A DNA stretch of 64,000 nt from Octopus sinensis (GCF_006345805.1 NC_043000.1:77624001-77688000), one strand, 5' to 3'. Counted from the stretch's first letter, positions 37,331 through 50,952 are shown. The notes: a model not told the origin generated them from the sequence alone. A program made the numbers and translations.

Positions 37331-40300
37331 CGGATTGAGAGATTAATTTTTAAAAAGATATAACGGTTTAAGGTTGGTTGTCAGTGGGGTTAACCTTAGT
37401 TATATTGTGACACCTGTCATTTGGTGCAAGCATGGTTGTGTGGTTAAGAAATTTCGATTCGAATCCACGTGGTTTAAATTCGGTCCTACTGCGTGGCATC
37501 TTTGTCAAGTGACTTCTACTATAAACTCGAGATAATCAATATCTTGTGAGGGAAAATTGAGAGACGAAAGTCCGTACATACATACGTACTTTATAGCATA
37601 CACACAACATACACATGCACAAACATACATAACGGTTCCCTAGTATGGCCACTGCTCTTTTGCTAAAACCGATAACAGAATGTTGGAATATATGTGTGTT
37701 GTATCTGTACACGTTGATAACGCTTAAAAGTGGTGATTTTTGTTTACGTTTCTTAAATTAGCGATTCGACAAAAAGAGCGGTGAAAAGTACCAAACTTTA
37801 AAGTAAATACTTGAATGCAGGTTTCTCCGAGAATAGCTGCAGTTGGAAATAAATAAAAGAATAAAATACAAGTATACACACGCGCATAACTATAAAAATA
37901 CATGAGTGTGAATGTGAGTGCATGCGCGTGTATACTGAGTCTTATATATCACCCTAAGCTCCACTTCTTCCCAACGCCTCAAGATCATGGAGTGGTACTG
38001 CTACTCAGGGCTTCTATTTGATCCTATGATTGGGTAGAAACTCTTTAGCCATTTCGATATGCAACCACTTAGGGCGTTAGATGGAGAATGAGCCCATCTT
38101 TTCGTCAGTTCTTGCTGCTGTTGACATTGAAGATGACTCAATTTTGTTTGTCTTTGTTTCCCTTGGTTTCCTCTTTGTTTCTCTATACCGGTAATGCTAT
38201 GGAAATACCGGAAGTCATGATCTTCCTCTTTTCTCTGTAGCTATCCTGCTTTCGTTTTTCTACTTCTGTTCAGCCAGGCTTAATGACAGTTTGTGCTTCC
38301 ACACGAGTAGCAACTGGGTCTCCTACTCTGCAGTACTACGTTGATTGTAATCCTTTCACCTCCCACATTGGGGGGAAATTCCGGGATAGCCTTATGATCT
38401 TCAGACGTCATTGAGACTACGATTATTCCCACATGACCAAAAGGTGTTAAGGGTCACCTCTGCCCATATTGTGTCACAAGGGTGACTACGTGCCAAGAAT
38501 AGGGATTCACAGCTACATCATTGTTCTGACAGTGGCTTTTATATCAATAATCATATAGAACTAAGCTGTGTCACTTAAAAGTGAGAGTATTTTCCAATTG
38601 AGTGTGTGGGTAAACTACAGCCGATCTTCAGGGTATTATGTATGTAATCGCTACATGAACTAAAATTGTTTCATTAAATATTTATTCAACTCTGAGGTAG
38701 AAGAATAAGTTCACTGATCATAAGATGAACGTTATTGACTATGTAGTTTATTGACCATAAGACGTGTTATAACTACCACAACTAAGGCTTTGATGGTGGG
38801 TCGCTTGTGTATGTGTGAGTGCGTACCTGTATGTATATATATCTAGGGAGAGGCGCACCATAATTTTATACAGATGCTGTATAAATATATTTGATTTACC
38901 GCTGCAGTTGAATGAGCTAAACTGGTCGATTTGTTCTCTTTCATCTTTCATTTATCATACTGGAGTAATGCTACCTTCCTCTGAACAAATTAATATTTTT
39001 TCTTGATGCCTTTAATTTTCTTTTTTTATTATTTAAAATATTTTGATGGGTCGGTGCGCCGAGCTAATATTCGAGTTTATACTGGATCATCACTCAATCT
39101 GATAGAAACAGTCGCTAAATATCCCAGTTATCGTACTTTACAGTTATCTATTGTTGCGGCGATGGCCATAGCAGAGTTGCCTTTGACTATAAGTCCACTC
39201 GATCAGGGTTAATCAAAGTTTAAACAATAATAATACAATCAATATAACTCGATAACTATGGAGAATATTGAACAACATAATTTATTGCCATATGTCCATC
39301 CATATAACATTTTATCTACATAGAATCCATTGCAGTCTATCTATATAACGTAGTACATATACATAAATGTCTATAATTTATAACATCCTGTCCATTCATA
39401 CAGGTTTTTCAATATATATACACATACGTATAATTTATTTGTACATCTACGCATACAACTTTTCACGTATATATCTTCACCATCTGCAGCCGCCAAATGA
39501 TGGATTGTAGATGACCCTCCGTGCTCTCTGGAGATGTTTAATTATAGCATTAATATCTCCTTATGCTTTCTGACACCACTTATACAATGAGTGGTCTCTT
39601 GTCTCGACCTTCATACAGTGTAGCGTAATCAGTTCTGCATGTGTGGAGGATGTGTGTGTGCGTTTGTGTGAGTGTGTATGTGTATGTATGTGCGTGCGTG
39701 TGTGTGTTTGTGTGTAAGAGAGAGAGAGAGAGAGGAGGAAGGGGAATCGCCACCCCTACATACCAATACTTTATTGATTGAAGAAATGGAAGGTAAATCT
39801 GAGGTTGACGGTATTTGATTTCAGAGTGCAGACAGTCGCTACAAATACAAACAGACATTCGATCCGGTACTCTAACAACTCTTCCAATCTACTGACTTCA
39901 GGTATCCACTTGGTAGATGTAATCGAAGCAAAACGATCGCAAAGAGTTTATTTCAATGAAAAATGCGAGAAGCCCGTGGATCAAGAGTTTTTACCTTGTT
40001 TCTCCAGGGTGACGCCTAACTATAATTATTATTCTTTCTATCTGATTACACACGCGCGCGTGCGTACACACAGATGTACTAGCAGGACCTGTGATTATTT
40101 CATGGAATTAATAGTAAACCTATTGAGTTATTCCTGAAAACTTCATCCAAAAAGCCTACAAGAGTAGCTTGTGTTGTGTCTGTATCAAAAGATAGTCCCT
40201 CATCAGCTATGCATTGAAAAGTGAAGGAAATTGGAATACGAGGATTACTTATTGCACTTTTTATATATACTTTATATACCTTATGCATAATTTTATAGAC

Positions 40301-41989
40301 TTAATACACAGCACTTATGAAATAAATATTTACTCTTATTTTACAATTTTTCTCATAAAGAGAAAAAAAATTCATTTTAAAATTTACATGATCACAATTT
40401 CATATCTAGAAAACAAAAATTTTATAGCAAAAAAAAAATTTTATATGCAAAATATAGGGGGGTCACAATTTCATGGGTGTAAACATTTAATGCAATACGG
40501 CATACTCTGAAAACCACATCGTTAGTAACATATAAGCCAAAGCGATGGGTCAGAGCCAATACACATTTCAATTTGCGTACACCTTTCAATCCAATACTTC
40601 TTTGCAGACTATGTTCTCCCTCTTCCTTCCCCTTGTTTTTCAGTGTTGATAACTTTAACTCACACATCAAATAAATTGCGAGCCCTTGAGAATGCAACAT
40701 ATAGCTAACCATGGCCGAGTGCAGGTTCAGGCAAGAACAACCCTACTTTTTCAAATGTCTGTCTTTGTGATTTATTGATAGTCATTGCATATGATTGGCG
40801 AACGGGAAACTGGTTTCCTTCTAAAGTGAATGGCAAACTTGGGATGCGTATGCGTTAAGTGATAGGTGATATAAAAAATTTAGTTTAATTTTTAAAAAAA
40901 TACTTTTCTTTATGCACTCACCAGCACCAGCACCAGCACCCACCACCACCACCACCACAACGACCATCATCACTCTCTCCCGCCATCTCTCTCTCTCTCT
41001 CTTTCTCTCTGCCTTTCTTTTTCTTTCTCTTGTTCTCTCTTACCTTTCAACTAATCACGTGAAAGCGTTACAATTACGTTCCCTACCTCACGTCATGCAC
41101 ACTTCTCTCACCCTCTTTTTCTCTCTCCCTCTTTTCATTCTTCCTCTTTTTCACTAATCACGTGAAAGCGTTACGGACGGGCTAAGTAACGTAATGACAA
41201 GCAGAATTATTATAAGAAATTGTGAGTGTGTGTTAAATTTTGTGAACAATAGCGTCGTTGTTTATAGTATTCCAGCTGTGGTTCTGATGAATGAAAAGGA
41301 AGTGTCTGTGTAATCAGGATGGAACATAAATCAGAACGTGCCTTAGTTCAATTTTCTTGCCGATCTGTACCAATTTTCAATCGCATGGTATCGATAAATC
41401 TGAGAGGGTTGTAGAAACACTTTCCCGTAATGCCATGCTGTAATATCGAATCCAAAATAAGATAGTTGAGAAGTCAATTTCTTAACCAGCCATAATGGAT
41501 ATTTTTTTCTAAATGTAATATATTTATGAGCCTCAATTTTAAGTCAACCAACAAATAAATTCAATGTTAGATTTAAAATTTAGAATGCGTACTATCTCTT
41601 TTTCTACGTATTTTCATATATCAATATTTCCCTTTCTCTATATTTTTATAAATCAATTAATAAAGATTTGTTTTTACTATCCTAAATCTTTCTTCACTGT
41701 TTATTGTGAAGCAAGTTATCAAACACCATAGCATCAACAACAGCAACAACAACAGCACCTACAGTAGCAACACCAACACCACCAACGACTTGCAACTGTA
41801 GCAACAGTGACCACACTGCCATCTGTAATAATGGAAGCAACACTGATAACAAAATATAAGATTATATGATCCAGGCAATGGATGATTATATATTATCACA
41901 ACTTCATCAATAATCAAATTTAAATAGACCACTTTCAGTTTGTTCTTGTGTTCAACAGAAAATATCTTTACAGTGGGACGAAAATAATA

Positions 41990-42028
<39 letters not shown>

Positions 42029-42078
42029 TAATAATAATAATAATAATAATAATGATAATAATATTAATAATAATAATA

Positions 42079-42830
42079 AAAAAATGGAGCTGACCCAAAA
42101 TGCCGATTCTGTAACAATGAGATTGAAATAATAGACCACCTAATCTCAGGGAGTAGAGTCTTAGCACCTGCAGAATATAAAGCAAGACATGACAGAGTCG
42201 GCCAGTATTTACATTGGACAATATGTCGGTATTATAAAATCAAAACCGCTGACAACTGGTATAAACACCATTCTGAAGCTGTGACTGAGGGAGAAAATGT
42301 GTCGATTCTATGGGACTTCCCCGTACAGACCGAAAAAACTATAAAAGATAATAAACCAGATATTATTATAAAAGATCAGACAAAAAAGATGTGTTTATTA
42401 ATTGACATGAGTAACTCTTGCGATCACAATGTAGCAGCGAAAGAATTTGACAAGATTAGTAAATATAAAGACCTGCTAATAGAAACTGAGAAAATGTGGC
42501 ATCTCAAGGCGACTACAGTACCAGTGATTGTAGGATCTCTAGGAATGATAAAAAAAAGGTACTGAAACCTATTTGAAAATGATACCAGGCTTACCATCCC
42601 TACAGGAAGTGCAAAAAACCGTGTTAACTGGAACGACTGAGAAGAGCATTATCGCTGTGAAAACAACATCCATCCATGAATTTATTTATTTATTGATTTT
42701 TAAATACATATTTTATCTGTGAATTTGCGTGTGTAATCTGGGAATGCATACAATAAGCTTCTCTACCCTAGGTGTATGGAAAACACTCGTCGAGAAATGG
42801 AAGAAAATTTGAAGAAAGAAGGAAAAAACA
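42079..42830 (+). mobile_element. R4/Dong element, subfamily D, 5'-truncated after (TAA)n
   Basis: DPKCRFCNNEIEIIDHLISG...RHDRVGQYLHW...LWDFPVQTEKTIKDNKPDIII...KISKYKDL. Confidence 0.88.
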
Positions 42831-43081
42831 TTACTTCCCCCAAGACATACCGCTACTCGCTTCGGACACCTAAGATGGTCGTATGACGATAGTTGCGAGG
42901 AAAACTGTAAAGGACAGCAAGTGTCCAATGGAAAGCAAACTAAAAAGAAAAAAAGAACAGAAAATGAGCGGATCGGGTGACAAAATCACTGAGTGGCTTC
43001 ATTAACGTCTGGATTTCGTGACAGGGAGAAACACATGCGCGCGCACACACACACACACGTACAGATATGTTTCTTTATTTG

Positions 43082-43158
43082 AAAAAATATGGAACGCTTC
43101 ACGAATTTGCGTGTCATCCTTGCGCAGGGGCCATGCTAATCTTCTCTGTATCGTTCCA
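43082..43158 (-). pseudogene. RNU6: 5'-truncated U6 snRNA retrocopy (about nt 32-107)
   Basis: TGGAACGATACAGAGAAGATTAGCATGGCCCCTGCGCAAGGATGACACGCAAATTCGTGAAGCGTTCCATATTTTTT matches the conserved metazoan U6 sequence as I recall it. The 5' stem-loop is absent. Confidence 0.95.
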
Positions 43159-43226
43159 GGCATGCATTATAGGTTTGGTGATATATATACATGTATATGT
43201 ATATGTGTGTGTGTGTGCGTGCGTAT

Positions 43227-43278
<52 letters not shown>

Positions 43279-43634
43279 TCTATCTACACTGAAGAGAGAA
43301 GTAAGTAATTAAAACACTTTAATCTCGATTAATCGGAGTTGTGTTGATTCATTGTTTTTTTCTTTGCCTACGTAAAGAAGTGCGCTACTGTCGTGGAGAT
43401 TCTTACAGAAAAGGATTTTTTAACTCCTATTTCTAAATTCGGTATGTAGTGAAGCAATTAGCTGACCCCTAATTATAATTATGTTTATAATTATAGAATA
43501 TTTGTATAATTATACCTATAATGTTTATTTTGACGTACCGATCTATTTGGTAAAATTATTAATTAATTGATTAATTAATTAATTAAATTAATTAATTTTA
43601 CCCTTATATTATTAATTTCATATATATATATATA

Positions 43635-43905
43635 TCATGTGATCACATGACCGACCAGGCTATCAGATGTTGCTACCCATCGCTGGTCACAATGCGCTTC
43701 GCCACCCCGTTGGCTAAGCGAGCATGCCAACAGAAGAAAGAGTGAGAGAAAGTTGTGGCGAAAGAGTACAGCAGGGATCGCCACTAACTCCTGCCGGAGC
43801 CTCATGGAGCTATTTAGGTGTCTTCGCTCAATAAATATTCACAACGCCCGGTCTGGGAATCGAAACCGCAATCCTACAACCGCGAGTCCGCTGCCCTAAC
43901 CACTA
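43635..43905 (-). mobile_element. SINE family S3 with an alternative 3' tail
   Basis: Head and body match 57288-57480. The tail is GAAGCGCATTGTGACCAGCGATG...GGTCGGTCATGTGATCACATGA. Confidence 0.8.
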
Positions 43906-44001
43906 TCGAACCGGTGAGTGTGTTTATTAATAAGGCATTAAAGCAGAATGACTCTCCCCAGACACAACAAAATATGCTTGAACACACGAATCCACATACA
44001 G

Positions 44002-44041
<40 letters not shown>

Positions 44042-45339
44042 TAGTAAGTGGGGCCAGACATCAATGATGGGACCTGGAGAGGAAGGTACCGAAAGGGTGG
44101 GCATTCATTCTCGATGATCACATAGGGTTGCCTGTCTCCTGTACACGGAGCTTTCAATTGGTTGCACTTGCATCCGCGAGTTGTTTGCAAATAAATTATA
44201 TAATATATGCTTATTACCGTTACGTATACATGTGTGTGGATGTATGCATGTATATAAGTGTGTATGTGTGTGTATTATGCACACACTCACAAACATATAT
44301 ATAAGAACATTTCTACAACTATACTTAGTTATTTGACCTCGTATTCACACAAGAACGAACATGCACATACATACATACATACATACATACATACATACAT
44401 ACATACATACATACATACATACATACATACGTATGTAAACACGCGCGCACACGTATGCACGGCCACCCGGACGTACACACGTACACATGCGCATGGACAA
44501 AACTTTATTGTGTCATCATATCTGCTATCTCAACCGATTATTATTCATCTAAATTTGACTATCAAATCAAGTAAATTAGCAGATATCACTCAAGATGTCA
44601 TATTTGGGTCGTTGTCCTGTTGAAGTATGTGTGACATTATGACGCAACATTTAATGACGTCATCTTTTTACACAAACTCAACTTTTGTTCTGTATGCAGA
44701 GGCGTGTGTACGTATTATGCCTCACGATAGACTTCATACTGTAATTCCATGATCTCTTAGTGATTTACTCTTTTAGAAATCGTTTCTAAAATAAGGTTGT
44801 AAGTCATGTTGGTGTTTGTCCCCAGGTTAATCCTAATCCAGCACTTCTGTAGTTAAGAGCAGTCCTTCTGCGACTATTCCAACTTTTTAGGGTGAATCTA
44901 GAACAAAGATATCTAATATGTCTTTTACCTTTCAGAGTAGTTTTACCCAAAGAATGGTTGTCGTTTAGACCATTGTCAGCTCTGGTAGGGCTAATCTATG
45001 ATCGAGCATGTTCCAGCCGTCCCCTGTCCAGCCTTCACCAAAGTACTGTGTATCAGGGAATATATTATCCAACGCGTTCTTCCTTTCATGAAGGTGATAG
45101 TATGTAATTTTAGGGAAACCATTCTGCTATTTATCTCAAATCGAATAACTATAATCTCCTTCATTGTTTCCTGATTTGAAAGGGATTTGGTAGTTATTTT
45201 AAGCAAGTCAATTGGTGAGACAGATGTCTCCATTGTGTCATGGTTGCTGCTGTTGTTATTCTTATTGTTGTTAATGAAAAAGTGCTGCACGCAGTGCAGC
45301 AATGCTGTTATACTGATTATAATGTTATCTGTTATAACT

Positions 45340-45718
45340 TACTCTTTTACTTGTTTCAGTCATTTGACTGAGGCCATGATGGAGCACCGCCTTTAGTCGA
45401 GCAAATCGACCCCGGGGCTTATTCTTTGTAAGCCCAGTACTTATTCTATCGGTCTCTTTTGCCGAAACGCTAAGTGACGGGGACGTAAACACACCAGCAT
45501 CGGTTGTCAAGCAATGCTAGGGGGACAAACACGCACACACACACAAACACATATATATACAGATGTACGACAGGCTTCTTTCAGTTTCCGTCTACCAAAT
45601 CCACTCACAAGGCATTGGTCGGCAGAAGACACTTGCCCAAGATGCCACGCAGTGGGACTGAACCCAGAACCATGTGGTTGGTTAGCGAGCTACTTACCAC
45701 ACAGCCTTTCCTGCGCCT
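45340..45718 (-). mobile_element. SINE S1, near full length
   Basis: Matches 17441-17867. Confidence 0.85.
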
Positions 45719-45849
45719 TGGTCATAACTTTTTCTATTGACAGTCGACGTCGTTCTAATTGCATATGTAGGTAGAGTAAATTTTCCTCTATAGTGACCAT
45801 TCATCATTGCCGGCAAGTAATGGATTCCAAACATTTGTAATATACTGTT

Positions 45850-46060
45850 ATTGAGTTCTTGATGAACATGTACAGAAGGCTTCGTGTGTTTTACGGAGGC
45901 GTTATCATTGACAAAGGGCAATATGCATGGGTGGATGACGAAGTTTAAAGGAAAGAAAACCAGCATTAAAGATAAATCACACATAGGGAGACCATGATCT
46001 ACGGTTATGGACAAGAATCTCCCGCGAGTGGACAGACGAGTCACAAACTGTGAGGCATAA
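45850..46060 (+). mobile_element. Degenerate mariner transposase N-terminus
   Basis: MYRRLRVFYGGVIIDKGNMHGWMTKFKGKKTSIKDKSHIGRP resembles the mariner helix-turn-helix region. Confidence 0.55.
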
Positions 46061-46416
46061 TTGGACTGTGGTAACAACGCATTACAGAAGTGCAACGAAC
46101 TCAAGACATATGAGAAAAAACACATTACAAACCCGACAGCCAACCGTAGAATTCGCCGCAGCATGTACGAATTTTTATCTTTACATATCTATGAAAATGG
46201 CGGGCTTATTCGCAATGCATTTCGGTAACAACTTGCCTACTCGGAACAGCATATTCTGCATTGATTGCGAAATCACAGGTGATATGTAACTAAATTCTGT
46301 TTTTAAATGACTTGCTTTGAAGTTTTGCATTCGGTACAATTTGTTTATTTTAGTAGTTTTGACTGCAAAAGTCCCTCCTAGCGTGCGGTACCTATGAATA
46401 ATAGTACCCTCTATAT

Positions 46417-46463
<47 letters not shown>

Positions 46464-46812
46464 AACGTATATGGGTACGTGATGTTGACAAGCTGCAAAA
46501 ATGGCGGCGAAACAACTATGTCCATCACTGTTGAATGGGATCTGGTGTGAGATATTTCGCCTGTCCATGACTTTTAAGTGTTTTAACACTCGGCACTTTG
46601 GACAAGTAATCTCCACTTTGCCAATTCGCAGCCTACCGGCAAATACCCTGCGGTCTATACGTTAAGTATATGTGGTCGATAATGTTTATTATTCTAACGC
46701 TTTTTCTATTTAATATCTAAATATATATACTACATGTGATATTTAAAAACAAACCCGAAAGGCTCTGTAACATACAGAGAGAAAGTTATTATTGAAGACT
46801 CATAGTATAATA

Positions 46813-47105
46813 TTAACTGTATACTTATTTATCATAACAATATTGTATTCCCCGATTTGAAACGACAATTTTTAAATACAAACAAATGATCGAAAAATTA
46901 TGAGCTAAATTCAGGCACAATGGATACCCACAAATCAACGCTTAGATGGATGAGCATTTGGTCTATCGCATGTGCAAAGAGTCGTGTAAGCGTTGATTTG
47001 TGGGTTCAATTCTGAGGTTAGCTCATCTTTTATCGGTCATTTTTTGTATTTAAAAATTGTTGCTTCAAATCGGAGAATATATTATGATATATTATTATAC
47101 AGTTT
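46813..47105. repeat. Imperfect fold-back with ~130-bp arms (MITE-like)
   Basis: For example, ACCCACAAATCAACGCTTA pairs with TAAGCGTTGATTTGTGGGT, and CAATTTTTAAATACAAA pairs with TTTGTATTTAAAAATTG. Confidence 0.75.
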
Positions 47106-47117
47106 TATATATATATA

Positions 47118-47206
<89 letters not shown>

Positions 47207-47306
47207 GTATATATATATATTATGATATATTATTATACTGTTATATATATATACATATATATATATATACATATATAAATGTGCGTGTGTGTATAAATGT
47301 ATATAT

Positions 47307-47362
<56 letters not shown>

Positions 47363-47426
47363 TGGTAAAAACGGTAAGATAACAAAAGAAAAAAGTGACC
47401 TCAATATTATGTAAATAGAGGAACTT

Positions 47427-47643
47427 TATCTGCAAAATAATGTGACAATTATTCGGTAGCCAAGATGAAACTCTGAGTTTTTCGGATGCCGAGGTGGAAA
47501 TCCACACCACCATATCTTCGGTTATCTGGCCATCTGAAAAAACGGCTAGATAACCGAAGAGATGGCGATGTAGATTTCCACCTCGGCATCCGAAACTCAG
47601 AGTTTTATCTTGGCCACCGAATAATTGTCACATATTATTTTAC

Positions 47644-47648
<5 letters not shown>
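47427..47648. repeat. Near-perfect hairpin with ~105-bp arms and a hammerhead-like motif (47544-47615, +)
   Basis: The arms are symmetric about a ~12-nt loop near 47532-47543. Confidence 0.85.
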
Positions 47649-47688
<40 letters not shown>

Positions 47689-47689
47689 A

Positions 47690-48850
47690 TTTAGGAATGG
47701 TCATTTTGCCAGTTTAGCCAATAAAAACACACGCACTATATATTTGGTGTTACTTTGCTTCAACGTTATTTATTTTTTACATTAATCTTAATATTATTTC
47801 GGCCAGAGTTCTTTCGTCACACTCCTGTGACCGCATCATTGGTCCTTTGCTTTCTTCTTTTTTATTTGTGTGTCTCTCCTTACTAACCGTCAACCATTTT
47901 GTATTTCTATTGTATGTGTCTTCATTTGCGCATGCGTATATCTCTATGTGCGTCTATGTTTAGTTAGTGTGTGTGGAGGAAACACCTGTAATATTTGTAT
48001 CTCCTGTTCATATACGTTCGTGTAATTTGTTTTTGTTTTTGTTTATTCTTATTTTGTTCATGTGTTTACACCCACTTATTACTATTATTATTATTATTAC
48101 TACTATTACTATTATTATTATTATTATTGTTATTATTATTATTATATTATTATTATTATTATTATTATTATTATCATTATTATTATTAGTAGTAGTAGTA
48201 GTATTATTATGTATGTATAACAATAATGATATAATAATAATAATAAAAACAAGATTAAAAATACAAAAATAAAAATTTTTTTTTTAAATGTATGTAGTTA
48301 TTTACTTTCATTTGTTTATTTATCTGTGTATATATTTTATTATGTCTTCAGTTTTGTTTATATTGTAACCAGTTTATGGGGATCCTCTTGTGTCATATGT
48401 TGTGGTGTGTGCTAGTGTTCCATTCCAGTTTCCTATTCAGGTTAGGTTTATCTTCTATTATGTGTGTAGCTTCCGTAATTTGTCTGATTGTTGCGTCTGT
48501 TCTATGTGTGGACAATATTTTAACTTCTATGTTATTGATTGAGCCCCGTGTTCCTGCTCGGCGTGCTGGTATAGAACCGATGAGCTCTTTCCTTCCTTAA
48601 GTTCTCTCCAATTGCCTTTACCCGCTCTCTTATGCTTCGTGCCGTTTCCCCTACGTATGTCGTTGTCTTGTTACTGCATCGTCCCTCTATACATCTTATA
48701 CTATAGGCTACATTTCTGGCTTTACAGTTTGTTTGTGGTCGAAATCTATACACAGTACAGTACATATCCGTACAGGGGATTCTACTAAAAGGGTAAGTTC
48801 TACCGATTATGGATTTGATAGGGTTGCCTGGCTTTTCAACAACCTTAATC
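47690..48850 (-). mobile_element. Penelope-like element 3' part (Cys linker, GIY-YIG and 3' UTR)
   Basis: KVVEKPGNPIKSII...PCTDMYC...NCKARNVAYSIRC...TYVGETARSIRER...RQITEA...LNRKLEW. The 3' boundary is uncertain. Confidence 0.75.
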
Positions 48851-50132
48851 CTTTTCTATTTCTCTTCTGATGCAACTACAACTGCTTCTGCTTCTCACAT
48901 CTAGCTTCTTACATCTCTCCAGCAAAACGTATTCCTCCCATCTCTTCATCTTCAATGCGTTTCTCGTTTTCCATACATCACTCCTTACCTACTCATGCGC
49001 CTTATTAAAAACGTCACTCAATCCTTTCTCTCAATAACTATAATCCCTTTGATGCCCTCTCCACCTTGACCTACATAGATCTTATCTGTCTCGCATATCA
49101 TCGGTCATCCCTTTTTCAGACTAAGGAATCTGTCCATTTAAACAATATGGAGATTTTCTATAAACTACATCAACAAATTCCTAATCAAAACTAAGCATTA
49201 AAATTCAAAATAACTCAATATTGTTCGTATTTAATCACTCAAACATCTCTTCATATTTCAATGTTTCGGTGTTTTAAATCATTCTTTAGTTTTCTTCTGT
49301 CGAAATTTTAATTTTCATAGCATATCTGTAGATATCTTAATATGTGATTTAATAGCACTGCTAACACACTGGTGTTCTGTTTATTGAAATCAGATGGCGT
49401 AGTTGAGTGATTTAGATACAAGAGAAGTAAACGATTCCTAATTTTATATAGTCGAGTGATCGGTGGTTGGAGCCATAACACGCGGCGCTATCTTGGGTTT
49501 GTGGATTAGACGTCAGCTTTCAAAACGGTTAAGTCTACTTGGTTATATAACATAATGCGTGCTAACATGTAGTCTCAATGTCTTTACTCATTCTACTAGA
49601 CATAGCAGCCACGTTATTTAAAATCATACATATCATGTTGGTCATGGCTGAAACGACCTTGAATATGGGTCTAGTCTGTCAGAATTGTCACGTGACTAAA
49701 CAACAATGATTGATACCATAGGAGTAGGAGTAGGTTCATCTACAGCTGAGAGCTGTCAGCAACATTAATGAGAAAATGGTTAACTTCCAGTTATGAGAAT
49801 ATCAAATCCCTCTCCGTCTCTATATAGCATGCAGCAATACAGTCCTGGATAAGATGTAGGTCCCAGATAGACTACGTAACACACATAATCAGCGCGTTAT
49901 TGGTCGTGCCATATCAGGTTAAAACCAGCTGGAAACAGCTTGAAGAAGTCAATAGTTCTAAAAGTAGTGTGTGGTGATAACCTCCAGATAACGGAGACAT
50001 GCCAGCAACGTTGCTGTTCCTACAATGGTACAGATATATAAAATTTGGAGAGGAAAGTCGGATGTAACAAAATTTTATAAACACTTTTGCTTATTTTAAT
50101 ATTAACTTAGGAATAAAAATATTATTATTATT

Positions 50133-50643
50133 GATTGAGAGAGTAGCGCATGTCATCAAAGTGACACTGGGGTAAAATATATGAAGCCCAATATACCTAT
50201 CATGACTACCTGGCACATGCGTCACAACCATATGTGCGCGACATGGTGATCTTAAGATAAACAGAGCAGGACTTCGCATGGCCTAGTTAAAATTTTCTTC
50301 AGGTTGAGTAGCCCATTCTGCTCAAAAGGCCCCTGAAGATTTGCTTAGGATGATGAACAAAACACCCATGTTTCTAAAGGTGAATTGTTCAAATCCCAAA
50401 GAATTCCTCTCAACATATGGCTATGATGCCCCCCCCCACTACTTCTGCTCGTGATCAGAGATGCACATATCGTCAACACCTAAGGGACATGCTCAACTGG
50501 TTAAGGTCAAGCAACTGACGAGCAAATCTGTGGCATGGAGTAGAATATTTGTTGTAGCCCATCTTTTATACCAAGACAAAACAATGTACATGGATAACAC
50601 CTCCAATCAGTTAAGATCAAAAACCATGAGAGCCACTGCCTAG
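50133..50643 (-). mobile_element. Non-coding (TAA)n-flanked interspersed element, copy 1
   Basis: Reverse-complement homologue of 59933-60490, with (TTA)n on both sides. Confidence 0.8.
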
Positions 50644-50645
50644 TA

Positions 50646-50736
<91 letters not shown>

Positions 50737-50918
50737 TAAGGCGGCGAGTTGGCAGAATCGTTATCACCCCGGACCATGTTTACGTCCTGTGTTCAAAGGT
50801 CGATTTTACCTTTCATCTTTCCGGGTTCGATAAAATAAGTACCCGTCAAGCACTGGGGGTCGACGTAATCGACTTACCCTCCTCCCGAAATTGCTGGCCT
50901 TGTGCCAAAGTTTGAAAT
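50737..50918 (+). mobile_element. SINE S2 with an alternative tail
   Basis: GGCGGCGAGTTGGCAGAATCG head and S2 core; tail TTGCTGGCCTTGTGCCAAAGTTTGAAA. Confidence 0.8.
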
Positions 50919-50952
50919 CATCCTCATCATCAATGTTATTATTATAATAATT

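Noticed and set aside
40170-40210. Minus-strand CTGATGAGGGAC... hammerhead candidate
   Set aside because: GAAA is replaced by GATA, and stems I and III cannot be formed.
43082-43158. Functional U6 snRNA gene
   Set aside because: The first ~31 nt are missing and no upstream TATA/PSE arrangement is evident.
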